Assembly: GCA_964641545.1 (NCBI GenBank)
Contig: CAZXLT010000002.1
Location: forward strand, 4,934-68,933
DNA: 64,000 nt
Origin: an uncultured Candidatus Saccharibacteria bacterium
Lineage (GTDB): Bacteria > Patescibacteriota > Saccharimonadia > Saccharimonadales > AWTP1-31
Reading direction: 5' to 3'
Part shown: positions 37,773 through 46,317 of the stretch, one piece after another
How the letters are laid out: each line of letters opens with the position of its first letter
How positions within the stretch are numbered: position 1 is the first letter of the stretch
Made by a program: the position numbers and the translations under genes
Notes under the pieces: generated by a model
What the model saw: the letters and a program-made list of their open reading frames with translations, nothing else
Databases searched by the model: none
What the model was told of the DNA's origin: nothing

Positions 37773-39125
37773 TTACAGAGAGAGCAATGGTTTTCTGGAA
37801 ACTTTCGAGGCAACAAGAAAAGCAAGCATGCCTCCAAGAACTGAGCACAATAGAAGCTGAATCATGTTTAATGGGTTCGAAGCGTTAAATAGCGGGACTA
37901 TTATGGTGGGCACTCCTATAAAACTTGCGAGTACAATCGATTGATATTTGCGTTGTACAAGCAAGAAAAAGCCAAGTAGAGTACTGGCTACCAAGGAAAG
38001 TTGATATGCCGCAGCAAAAAGCAACAGTAGCCCATCGCCTGCAAATTTTTCGCCAAGCAGTAAACCGGTGACGCTTTCTCTAAAGATATATACAAAAAGT
38101 AGGCTCATTGTAGCAAGCAGCAAAATTAGTCGATAACCGGTCTTTAGAACTCGCTTATTGACCGTATTGTCTTTCAAGGAAATTTCAGGAAGTATTATCC
38201 AAATAATTAAAAGCGAAACATAATACAACCCATTGCTCAGTATACTAACCCCGCTATAGCGACCGGCTGCTTCTGGGCTAAAAAGATATTTAGCGAGTGT
38301 GATGTCGTAGTTTTGCAGAAAGCTAAATACACTCACTACTAGTACGCACTGGATTAAATAGAGCTTGATCTCTCCTATTGCAGTAAGGTTATCGCGTGCC
38401 TTGCGTAGTAAAGGGGCGAAAATGCTAGGAAGTGATATGCCTGGCAATAGTTTAAGTAGTACTAAGCCGAAAAAACCAGACAAGACGATCCCAGTGATCG
38501 CCCCATTAACCCCAAAGCGCAGGGCCAAGATAACACTTAAAACGATCTTCATTAGAGCGGCTCCGACGTTAAAGAATCCAACACGCACCAATTCTTTGTG
38601 CCCCTGCAAATACCCCGTCCAAATAGTTGCAGGTATTGAGCCAAGAAGTACTAAGGATAGTAGTATAAACGGTTCGATTGACTGAACCTGAAGGGCGCTC
38701 CTAATCATTGGAGAGAATAAAAGCATCAGTGCTGTAGCACCGAAAAGAGCGTACAGCAATACGGTTTGAATTGCCTCGACTCTCTTCCGCGCCGTGTTTT
38801 CTGATTGAGATTTTACCAGGTAAAGAGAAGTTATATTGATGCCAAGAAGAATACCGAGAAGCTGATTCGATATTGCTGTAATAGCAGCGAAGTCACCAAA
38901 GTTTTGTGCATCAAGTATCCTCGCGAGTAGTGGGTATAAGGCATAGTTTAAGATTGCTCCAAGAATAGACAGGAAGCCAAAGAGGCCAGACTGCACATAA
39001 AATTTCGGGAGATTAGGGATTTTCACTATAATAAATGATAATTGAAACAAATACGTAAGCCAACTGCACTTAGCCTTCAGGCTAGCATAAATAGGAGATT
39101 GAATTGAAGAAAGTATCAGAGTCAA
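37773..39125 (-). CDS. polysaccharide flippase, MOP/Wzx family
   Basis: 450 aa with ~12-14 TM helices. The N-terminal region GLFGFLSILGAILNYALYPLLARIL...FGDFAA is typical of polysaccharide biosynthesis (Wzx-type) proteins. The true start is probably internal, because the track ORF overlaps the divergent gene. Confidence 0.65.
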   Translation of the reverse strand: MTLILSSIQSPIYASLKAKCSWLTYLFQLSFIIVKIPNLPKFYVQSGLFGFLSILGAILNYALYPLLARILDAQNFGDFAAITAISNQLLGILLGINITSLYLVKSQSENTARKRVEAIQTVLLYALFGATALMLLFSPMIRSALQVQSIEPFILLSLVLLGSIPATIWTGYLQGHKELVRVGFFNVGAALMKIVLSVILALRFGVNGAITGIVLSGFFGLVLLKLLPGISLPSIFAPLLRKARDNLTAIGEIKLYLIQCVLVVSVFSFLQNYDITLAKYLFSPEAAGRYSGVSILSNGLYYVSLLIIWIILPEISLKDNTVNKRVLKTGYRLILLLATMSLLFVYIFRESVTGLLLGEKFAGDGLLLLFAAAYQLSLVASTLLGFFLLVQRKYQSIVLASFIGVPTIIVPLFNASNPLNMIQLLLCSVLGGMLAFLVASKVSRKPLLSL

Positions 39126-40249
39126 CGTTTATTATCAGCGCTAATGGATTTGCCGATGGGCCATCTCAGGCCCTAAGAGACTATCTGATTAAACACAAAG
39201 CTAAAAGGGTTGTAACATTGGCGCACCCATTGGTGGCTGAAACAAAAGGCGAGCATATTATATCTGACTACAAGGATGGTAAAACTACTACTAGAACAAT
39301 CAAACTTTTGAACAAGCCTCCCTATACATACGGTTTTGATTTGGTTACTCCTCTGAATCTTCCTAAGGCCACAATCTGGTTCGGTTTTAATAACCTGGCC
39401 TGCCTCAGGGGGCTCGTCAGAAAGAAAACAGGGCGGGTCGACGCAGTAGTATACTGGGCGGTTGATTTTGTAGCAGATCGTTTTGGCAAAAACCCATTAA
39501 CACATGTGTACAAAAGCTTAGATAAAATGGTATGCCGACAGGTAGATAGTCGCGTAGAACTATCGCCGGTAGGAGTCGTTAGTCGCAACAAGTACCTAGG
39601 CCTTAAAAAAGCCGATATTGCTCCAACACAGGTTGTGCCCATGGGGGCCTGGCTGGATAGGACACCCAAGACATCCTTGAAAGCATGGGACAAGCATACC
39701 GCAGTATTTCTTGGGCATCTAATCCCCAGACAGGGAGTAGACACGTTCATCAAGGCAATTGCTATTCTCAAGAAGAGAGGGGTCGAAGTAAAAGCAGAGA
39801 TAATTGGCGGTGGCCCATTGAAAAATAAACTAGAATCTCTCGCTAGCGAACTAAACGTATCGTCTGAAATTAATTTTCATGGGTTTGTGGCCGATCACAA
39901 GGACGTCGAAGCTATACTTGCCTCGGCAACCTTTGCAGTAGCTCCATATGTTAAAGACGATAAGAACTTTGTTCAATTTAGTGACGCTGGCAAACTAAAA
40001 GCATATCTAGGCGCCTATCTTCCTGTTGTCCTTACAGACGTACCCAATAACGCAAAAGAACTACAAAAAGAAGGTGCGGCCATAGTTTCTGGGGGTAACC
40101 CAGAAGAGTTTGCCGAATCGATGAGCGTTTGGTTACAAGATAAAAAGATGTGGGAGAAAGCACATCGCTCAGCCAAGACTATTGCTCAAGATTTTGATTG
40201 GAATAATCTTTTAAAGAAAGCGCTAGCAAATTTTGGGCTAAAGGACTAG
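39104..40249 (+). CDS. glycosyltransferase, GT4 family
   Basis: 381 aa with a TTG start in the track. The C-terminal half (FLGHLIPRQGVDTFIKA...HGFV...APY) has a GT-B group-1 pattern. Confidence 0.65.
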   Translation: MKKVSESTFIISANGFADGPSQALRDYLIKHKAKRVVTLAHPLVAETKGEHIISDYKDGKTTTRTIKLLNKPPYTYGFDLVTPLNLPKATIWFGFNNLACLRGLVRKKTGRVDAVVYWAVDFVADRFGKNPLTHVYKSLDKMVCRQVDSRVELSPVGVVSRNKYLGLKKADIAPTQVVPMGAWLDRTPKTSLKAWDKHTAVFLGHLIPRQGVDTFIKAIAILKKRGVEVKAEIIGGGPLKNKLESLASELNVSSEINFHGFVADHKDVEAILASATFAVAPYVKDDKNFVQFSDAGKLKAYLGAYLPVVLTDVPNNAKELQKEGAAIVSGGNPEEFAESMSVWLQDKKMWEKAHRSAKTIAQDFDWNNLLKKALANFGLKD

Positions 40250-41184
40250 CCGTTAACGCCGGGCTGTTCGACGAACCACGAATACATTCGAGTTAGACCG
40301 TCCTCTAGTTCGATGCCAGAGCGCCACCCAAGCTTGCTAAGGCGACTAACATCGAGTAATTTCTTGGGCATACCGTCTGGTTTGGTCTTGTCGAAAACTA
40401 GTTTGCCCTTATACCCAACAATATTTTTTAGTATCTCAGCTAGTTCTTTGATCGAAACATCAGACCCTGTACCAACATTTAAGAACTCGCGGTCGTTATA
40501 GTTTTTCATTAACCAGAGAATAGCAGCGGCTAAGTCGTCGCAATGTAGAAATTCTCGTCGGCTAACACCAGAACCCCAAATTACAACTTCGACATCATTA
40601 TTCGTTTTTGCCTCATGCATGCGGCGCATAAGAGCTGGGATAACGTGGGAAGATTCAGGGTCCAGATTGTCTCCTTCGCCATAAATATTTGTTGGCATAC
40701 ATGAAATAAAATTGGCGTCATACTCACTATTGATATATTCACAAAGCTTCATTCCGGCTATCTTAGCTATAGCATAAGCTTCGTTAGTAGGTTCGGGTTT
40801 ACCATTAAGAAAGTTATCTTCCGACATTGGTTGGGGGCTACCTAAAGGGTAGATACATGAACTGCCCAGAAAAAGTAACTTTTTTGCTTTGTTCTTGTAT
40901 GCTGCCCATATAACGTTGTTCTGAATTTGAAGATTTTCATATAAAAACTCGGCGGGATATGTCATGTTGGCTTTTATGCCACCTACGCGTGCCGCAGCAA
41001 GGATTACGTAATCAGGCCTTTCTTGTTTGAAAAATCTTTGCACGGAATGATTATCCGTTAAATCTAGCTCCTGGCGTGTTCGCGTTAAAACGTTTTTGTA
41101 TCCTTGAGCTTGAAGTTTCCTCACGACAGCAGAACCTACCAGTCCTCTATGACCAGCCACGTAAATCTTTGCATTTTTTTGCAT
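40246..41184 (-). CDS. GDP-L-fucose synthase family epimerase/reductase (Fcl, or ColC GDP-L-colitose synthase)
   Basis: 312 aa. Motifs are IYVAGHRGLVGSA, ILAAARVGGIKANMTYPAEFLYENL, FLGSSCIYP, EPTNEAYAIAKIAG, SHVIPALMRR and KPDGMPKKLLDVSRL. It is near-collinear with E. coli Fcl as I recall it. Confidence 0.85.
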   Translation of the reverse strand: MQKNAKIYVAGHRGLVGSAVVRKLQAQGYKNVLTRTRQELDLTDNHSVQRFFKQERPDYVILAAARVGGIKANMTYPAEFLYENLQIQNNVIWAAYKNKAKKLLFLGSSCIYPLGSPQPMSEDNFLNGKPEPTNEAYAIAKIAGMKLCEYINSEYDANFISCMPTNIYGEGDNLDPESSHVIPALMRRMHEAKTNNDVEVVIWGSGVSRREFLHCDDLAAAILWLMKNYNDREFLNVGTGSDVSIKELAEILKNIVGYKGKLVFDKTKPDGMPKKLLDVSRLSKLGWRSGIELEDGLTRMYSWFVEQPGVNG

Positions 41185-41187
41185 CAG

Positions 41188-42405
41188 TTATTTCTCCAGA
41201 AGCTTACACAGTTTTGCTATTTCTTTTTTAGTCATCTCAGGGTTGTTCCCAAAATAGAAGCCATTGTCATGTATGCTCTCAGAGTTTGGGTTTGGTTCCT
41301 CGTCGTGGGCATACTTTTTGTAAAAAGGCTGCTTAGTTATGCTCCCGGCAATAATCGGCCGAATTTCTACACCCGCTTTTTCAAAGCGTTTTTTATATTT
41401 GGCACTCAACTCGTTAGTCTGGCAGATTATTGGCATGGCAAAGTTTGACACCACACTCATATGAGAAAGATCATACTGAACAAAATCGTTGTTATTGCTC
41501 ATAGCTTTATAAAAGGCAGAAAAATTTGCTGCTCTTTTTTCTATGATTTCATCTAAGTAAGCAAGCTGTTGGTTGCCGAGAAAGCCGTTTATCTCAGTTG
41601 GACGGGCATTGTATGCAAGGTCATAGAATGTATAGCGAGAGTAAAACGCACTAATTTTATGCTTATCTCGTAATTTTTTCTGTTCAGCTGGTTGTAAATT
41701 GCGGTCCCAGCCATGAGCTCTTGCCATGACTAAGGCCTGGTTTAGCTCTTTGTCATCCGTGCAGATCATACCGCCTTCCAGTGTTGACATGTGGTGCCCT
41801 ACAAAGAACGAAAAAGTAGAAGCGATCCCAAAATTTCCCAATAATTTGCCGCCGACCCTAGAGCCTAATGATTCGCAGTTATCTTCTATGAATACTACTT
41901 TATTCTTCTTGCAGATATTACTGATCTTGGCGATGTCATCGCTAAAACCAAGCACGTTCGTAATAAACAACCCGTCTAACTCATCGATCCTCTCAAGCAA
42001 TATATCGGGGGAAACATTTAGAGTATTCGGATTGCAATCTAGAGCAATCGGCTCAAGACCCAGCTGTATTATTGGCATAACATTTGTTGGCCAAGTTAGG
42101 GCGGAGAATCCAATCTTGTCACCCTTCTTTAATTTTCCTATGTTCATTAGGGCTTGGAGGAGCAATAAATTGGCTGAACTTCCACTCGACACAAAAGCTG
42201 CGTATTCTCGCTCTTGTGCTCTGGCGAAGCCATTCTCAAACTGCAAACATTGTTCGCCCATGCTGAGCCGATCAGTTTTTGTAATAAAATTGACCAGCGC
42301 TTTTTTAGTTTTTCTCTCATTAAAAAAGCTTGATTTAATAAGCTTGATCATATGTTGACCAGAACTTAACTTTTCAACTTTTCCTAAGTAATAATTTTTT
42401 GCCAT
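41188..42405 (-). CDS. PLP/PMP-dependent sugar 3-dehydratase of the DegT/DnrJ/EryC1 fold (ColD/E1-like; His in place of the Schiff-base Lys)
   Basis: Motifs are SSGSSANLL, IEDNCESLG, STFSFFVGHHMSTLEGG (His-His at nt 41788-41799) and ARAHGWDRN. It lies 3 nt upstream of the fcl/colC-like gene. The true start may be ATG 42351. Confidence 0.6.
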   Translation of the reverse strand: MAKNYYLGKVEKLSSGQHMIKLIKSSFFNERKTKKALVNFITKTDRLSMGEQCLQFENGFARAQEREYAAFVSSGSSANLLLLQALMNIGKLKKGDKIGFSALTWPTNVMPIIQLGLEPIALDCNPNTLNVSPDILLERIDELDGLFITNVLGFSDDIAKISNICKKNKVVFIEDNCESLGSRVGGKLLGNFGIASTFSFFVGHHMSTLEGGMICTDDKELNQALVMARAHGWDRNLQPAEQKKLRDKHKISAFYSRYTFYDLAYNARPTEINGFLGNQQLAYLDEIIEKRAANFSAFYKAMSNNNDFVQYDLSHMSVVSNFAMPIICQTNELSAKYKKRFEKAGVEIRPIIAGSITKQPFYKKYAHDEEPNPNSESIHDNGFYFGNNPEMTKKEIAKLCKLLEK

Positions 42406-42484
42406 AAAATACTGTAAAACTTTGCTCCGCTTATTTCACAATTCAATTAATCCCGGCCAACCTAGATATAATGAATCAATATAG

Positions 42485-42533
42485 GCAAAATAGCAAAGCG
42501 GTAAGTAAAGTCGCCAGGCTATTTTGCTTTTTT
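42485..42533 (+). terminator. 10-bp perfect-stem hairpin plus T6 run (terminator/attenuator-like) in the leader of the GT2 gene
   Basis: gcaaaatagc (42485-42494) pairs with gctattttgc (42518-42527), followed by tttttt (42528-42533). A consensus TATAAT lies at 42467-42472 just upstream. Confidence 0.35.
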
Positions 42534-42583
42534 GTTCGCCACGTTAGAATAGAATAAGTGATTATGCACAATGGGTATGTTAA

Positions 42584-43591
42584 GTGAAGTATAGTGTGGT
42601 TCTGCCAACCTATAACGAAGGATCGTGGCTGATTGGGACAGTCGATCATCTAAATGCGGCCTATAAAGAATTAGGTAATAGCCAAGCTGAGTTGATTATT
42701 GTTGACGATGGATCGTCAGATGACACCTCCCAAATTGTCAAAAAGCTAGCCTCGGATATACCAATTGTTTATATAAAACAAGAAAACAAAGGGCGTTTTT
42801 TAGCTCGAAAAACTGGGGTTGAGAAAGCCAAGTACGAACAGATCTTATTAATAGACTCCAGAGTACATATTCATAAAAAAGCACTCCAATTTATAGACAA
42901 CAGGATTCGCAAGCACCCCGAGCAAGCCATATGGAATGCGCATGTGTATGTCGACAAGCACAATAATCCATTTGCTCGGTTTTGGGATGTAATAACAAAT
43001 ATTGCGTGGCGACGCTATTTTGCACACCCCCGTGAAGTTAGTTATGGTATCGAGGAGTTTGACTACTACCCAAAAGGGACGACCTGTTTTTTTTCGAAGA
43101 AAAGCATACTCCTTCCAGCCATTAAGAACTTTGAATCAGCGTCAAAGGACATGAGGCGTGCCAACGACGATACTGTGCTGATCAAGAACATTGCGCGAGA
43201 GCACAATATAAATATGTCTCCACAATTTTGCTGCACATATCATGCGCGAAGCTCTTTTGGTAAATTCCTAAAACACGCATACCACCGGGGGCAAGTTTTT
43301 GTTGATGGATTCTTAAAGCCCGGCAACCGGTACTTTGTGCCACTGCTGATGTTCATATCACTTGTTTGTGCCGGTGTCTTGTTGCTAGTTCTGTTCCCGG
43401 AATTGGTGGTAGGTGTTCCAATAGCCATAGCGTCATTTATGCTGGCCTGTTTTGTCATCTCTAGGGTCGCTAACGTGCCAGCAATAACGATTACAGATTC
43501 GCTGTGGTTCTCGATACTTGCAGTACCGTTTGCAGGATTCTATGGTGCGGGAATTTTGAGAGCAACGTTTGCCAAGTTAATTAAACGCTAA
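42584..43591 (+). CDS. glycosyltransferase, GT2 family, with C-terminal TM helices
   Basis: GTG start. Motifs are KYSVVLPTYNEGSWL, IIVDDGSSDDT and LIDSRV. Confidence 0.7.
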   Translation: MKYSVVLPTYNEGSWLIGTVDHLNAAYKELGNSQAELIIVDDGSSDDTSQIVKKLASDIPIVYIKQENKGRFLARKTGVEKAKYEQILLIDSRVHIHKKALQFIDNRIRKHPEQAIWNAHVYVDKHNNPFARFWDVITNIAWRRYFAHPREVSYGIEEFDYYPKGTTCFFSKKSILLPAIKNFESASKDMRRANDDTVLIKNIAREHNINMSPQFCCTYHARSSFGKFLKHAYHRGQVFVDGFLKPGNRYFVPLLMFISLVCAGVLLLVLFPELVVGVPIAIASFMLACFVISRVANVPAITITDSLWFSILAVPFAGFYGAGILRATFAKLIKR

Positions 43592-45399
43592 ATCTTATAC
43601 AAAGAGTACTTGCTATCTTTGAAGATAGGCTTTCCAAATACTTCATTTGCTTTGTTGACAAGCCCAGAATTTTGCGACAATTCTTCATGGATCAAGTAGT
43701 ACTGCAAACCTAGCTGATGCATTTTGTCTTTGTCATCATGATCAAGGTCTGTAAAATCTTGCAGTTGCTCCTTGTAGTCTGCTGGTTCATAGCCGCTGTA
43801 ACCATTAAATATATTTCGATTATGATACCCAGCCCATAAAGTATCTTCGGTCTGAGCAACTGGGATGCCTGCGTATGGGTAATCTTTTTGGGTTCTAACT
43901 ATAACTATGTTATTAACATCCCGGTTGGCATTAATAAACTTGTAAACTTGTGGAATAGTATACTGAACCTGGTTTGTATCGATTTGCTTAAATGGTCTGG
44001 TTAATAGTGTTTGTATTGGCAAAAGGTCAAATGAAACAATCAGAACTATAAGCGAACCAAAAAACATTTTTTGTTTTGATTTCAACTTTGATTCATTCAT
44101 AAGATAACCAGCAAAAATGGCCAGTAGACAGCACAAAGCAAATAGGGGTATTACTGCCGCTCTACCAATTGCCCGGATGAATGAAAGTTGCGGTATGAAT
44201 AGATCAACTAGTATGTAGGGAGCTGGGATTGCAAGACGCACGCCATTGATAGCAAAGCTTGAATGACTTCCATACTTAACAATAGGACCGAGCGACAAAA
44301 CAATCCCCGTGACGGCTACAATTCCCAGCAGAACACATAACTGTTTGTTCTTTACGAAAAAACTTTTACTGCTGAACAGTGCTGCGCCAACACAAAATAC
44401 CAAAATGCTGTACAGTGTTATTCCTGCGTAGGAAAAGCTATCAGGGTTATAGCTGTTACGTTTGGAATTTTGATGTATTTGGTAGTACAAAGATCCAAAC
44501 GGAGATTCTTGATAAGGTAAAACGTAATCATTAACGCTAGCAGAAAACTCAACTTGGCTAGCTATAGAAAAATTAGCGTTTTTAGATTTAGAGAAGCGTG
44601 AATATTCTAGCGCAAGAGGCAACGTGCAAGCCAACGCAAAAAGGGTAGTAGCCAAAAGGAGCAAACCTCTTCGGCGATGTTCTGAGTTGAGCATTGTGTA
44701 GCCAATGAAAAGGACTACTATCACTAAGCCAAATACCATTTGATACCACGACGCAAAAAACAACAGAAGCGAGGCAATCCCAAACCCTGCAAGGTATTTT
44801 TTTTCTCCTGTTGCTTTAAATTTTAGAAGCATAAGAATAATCAGCGGCACATAAAAGATACTAAGATTCTGTAGGTGGCTCATGGAAGATATTTTATTGG
44901 GTGCAAATTCAAATACGAGACCGGCAAGTATGCTAAAGATTTTCCTGCCCCCACTTAAATAGTGAGCCAGCAAATACATGAAAAACCCTGAGAAAAATGC
45001 ACTAAGGACATACCAGACATTTACTGAAAACAGTGGATTATCGTTAACAAAATGCAAGGGTAAAGTTAGAAGACCCGCAGATAGCTGTGTTTCGGAGTAC
45101 AACATAGAGTCTTTATTAGGAAAGAAGATATTGCCGTCACTGTAGCTAGAGCAGTCTTGGAGTAAAAGGCAATGGTGATTCCGAGCGAGAGTCCATGCGT
45201 TAAACATATGGTCGCCTCCTTCGGAATATGTGCTAAGGTTCGTAGCCATTGGCCACAGAAAGCTCACGGTCACTACAAAAAAGAGCAGTGCAGCGATTAA
45301 TACATGCCTATAATGCACAAGCCTTTGGTGTAACCAATGCAAGGAAATATTTTTGATTCTAACTGATTCTTTTTTATTTGGGGATGATTTTTTTGGCAT
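43588..45399 (-). CDS. large polytopic membrane protein (GT-C-like glycosyltransferase candidate)
   Basis: 603 aa. About 11-12 TM helices, then a ~150-aa soluble C-domain. Its start overlaps the stop of the upstream Dpm1-like GT2 gene by 1 nt. Confidence 0.4.
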   Translation of the reverse strand: MPKKSSPNKKESVRIKNISLHWLHQRLVHYRHVLIAALLFFVVTVSFLWPMATNLSTYSEGGDHMFNAWTLARNHHCLLLQDCSSYSDGNIFFPNKDSMLYSETQLSAGLLTLPLHFVNDNPLFSVNVWYVLSAFFSGFFMYLLAHYLSGGRKIFSILAGLVFEFAPNKISSMSHLQNLSIFYVPLIILMLLKFKATGEKKYLAGFGIASLLLFFASWYQMVFGLVIVVLFIGYTMLNSEHRRRGLLLLATTLFALACTLPLALEYSRFSKSKNANFSIASQVEFSASVNDYVLPYQESPFGSLYYQIHQNSKRNSYNPDSFSYAGITLYSILVFCVGAALFSSKSFFVKNKQLCVLLGIVAVTGIVLSLGPIVKYGSHSSFAINGVRLAIPAPYILVDLFIPQLSFIRAIGRAAVIPLFALCCLLAIFAGYLMNESKLKSKQKMFFGSLIVLIVSFDLLPIQTLLTRPFKQIDTNQVQYTIPQVYKFINANRDVNNIVIVRTQKDYPYAGIPVAQTEDTLWAGYHNRNIFNGYSGYEPADYKEQLQDFTDLDHDDKDKMHQLGLQYYLIHEELSQNSGLVNKANEVFGKPIFKDSKYSLYKI

Positions 45400-46145
45400 T
45401 ATTTTCGCACAAACACATTAAAGTATATGATTTCCCAAATAGCTTTCAATCCATCTCGAAAACCTATTTTTTTCCCTTCCTCCTTGCTGCGCCCATAGTA
45501 GCTAATACCAATTTCATACACTGCTGCTTTGCTTTTAGCGATGCGTGCGGTAATTTCTGGCTCAAAACCAAAGCGCTTTGCTTTTAGATCTTTCGCTAAA
45601 CCCCGCGCGAGATCGCCGCGTATCATTTTGTAGCAAGTTTCCATATCGGTTAGGTTTAGACCGGTAAAAATATTTGAAAGCGTTGTAAGAAATTTGTTAG
45701 CAACCTGGTTTCGGTAATAGATAATTCGGTGAGGCTCGCCACCGATAAAGCGTGAACCATAGACAACATCAGCTTGCCCGCGTTCGATTGGGTAGAGTAA
45801 TCTAATATACTCCTGCGGATCGTATTCAAGATCTGCATCTTGCACAACCATAACGTCGCCAGTAGTTTCCAATATCCCACGCTTTAGCGCGGCACCTTTA
45901 CCGTGGTTGTGATCTTGGAAAAGTAGCTTCAGAGAAGAGTCGTTCTTTGCCAAGCGCTTTAGGATTTCTCGAGTTTTATCTTTCGAGCAGTCGTCAATAA
46001 CAACAAGCTCTTTTTTTGTTGTACCTAAATTAACTCGTTGTACCTCACCAATTATTTTTTCAATAGTATTTTCTTCGTTGTAGCAAGGTATGACAATCGA
46101 TAGTTTTTTTGCTTTTGGCATAGAGTCTCCAATAGATCGCTTCAA
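45399..46145 (-). CDS. GT2 polyprenol-phosphate mannosyl/glucosyl-transferase-like (Dpm1/Ppm1-type, soluble)
   Basis: Motifs are LSIVIPCYNEENTI, VVIDDCSKDKT and VVQDADLEYDPQEY. The likely true start is ATG 46121 (MPKAKKLS). Confidence 0.75.
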   Translation of the reverse strand: MKRSIGDSMPKAKKLSIVIPCYNEENTIEKIIGEVQRVNLGTTKKELVVIDDCSKDKTREILKRLAKNDSSLKLLFQDHNHGKGAALKRGILETTGDVMVVQDADLEYDPQEYIRLLYPIERGQADVVYGSRFIGGEPHRIIYYRNQVANKFLTTLSNIFTGLNLTDMETCYKMIRGDLARGLAKDLKAKRFGFEPEITARIAKSKAAVYEIGISYYGRSKEEGKKIGFRDGLKAIWEIIYFNVFVRK

Positions 46146-46317
46146 CTATTATGCTAGCACATACATTATTAAGTTCGGTAGCAATGCCAGACTGGCACAA
46201 CGATTACGATCGCGCTACACTAAACAACATACCGAAATTCATCAAAGGTTCGATAATCTCGGGCGCATAGAGTTACTAACAATTATTAATAACATGGTTG
46301 GATTGGTATAGAATACG

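Noticed and set aside
41726-42358. 210-aa plus-strand ORF antisense to the ColD-like gene; similar cases at 54399-54929, 56524-57000, 27080-27553, 39322-39771 and 11998-12369
   Set aside because: These are shadow ORFs opposite genes with strong family motifs. None has motifs or a plausible start context of its own.
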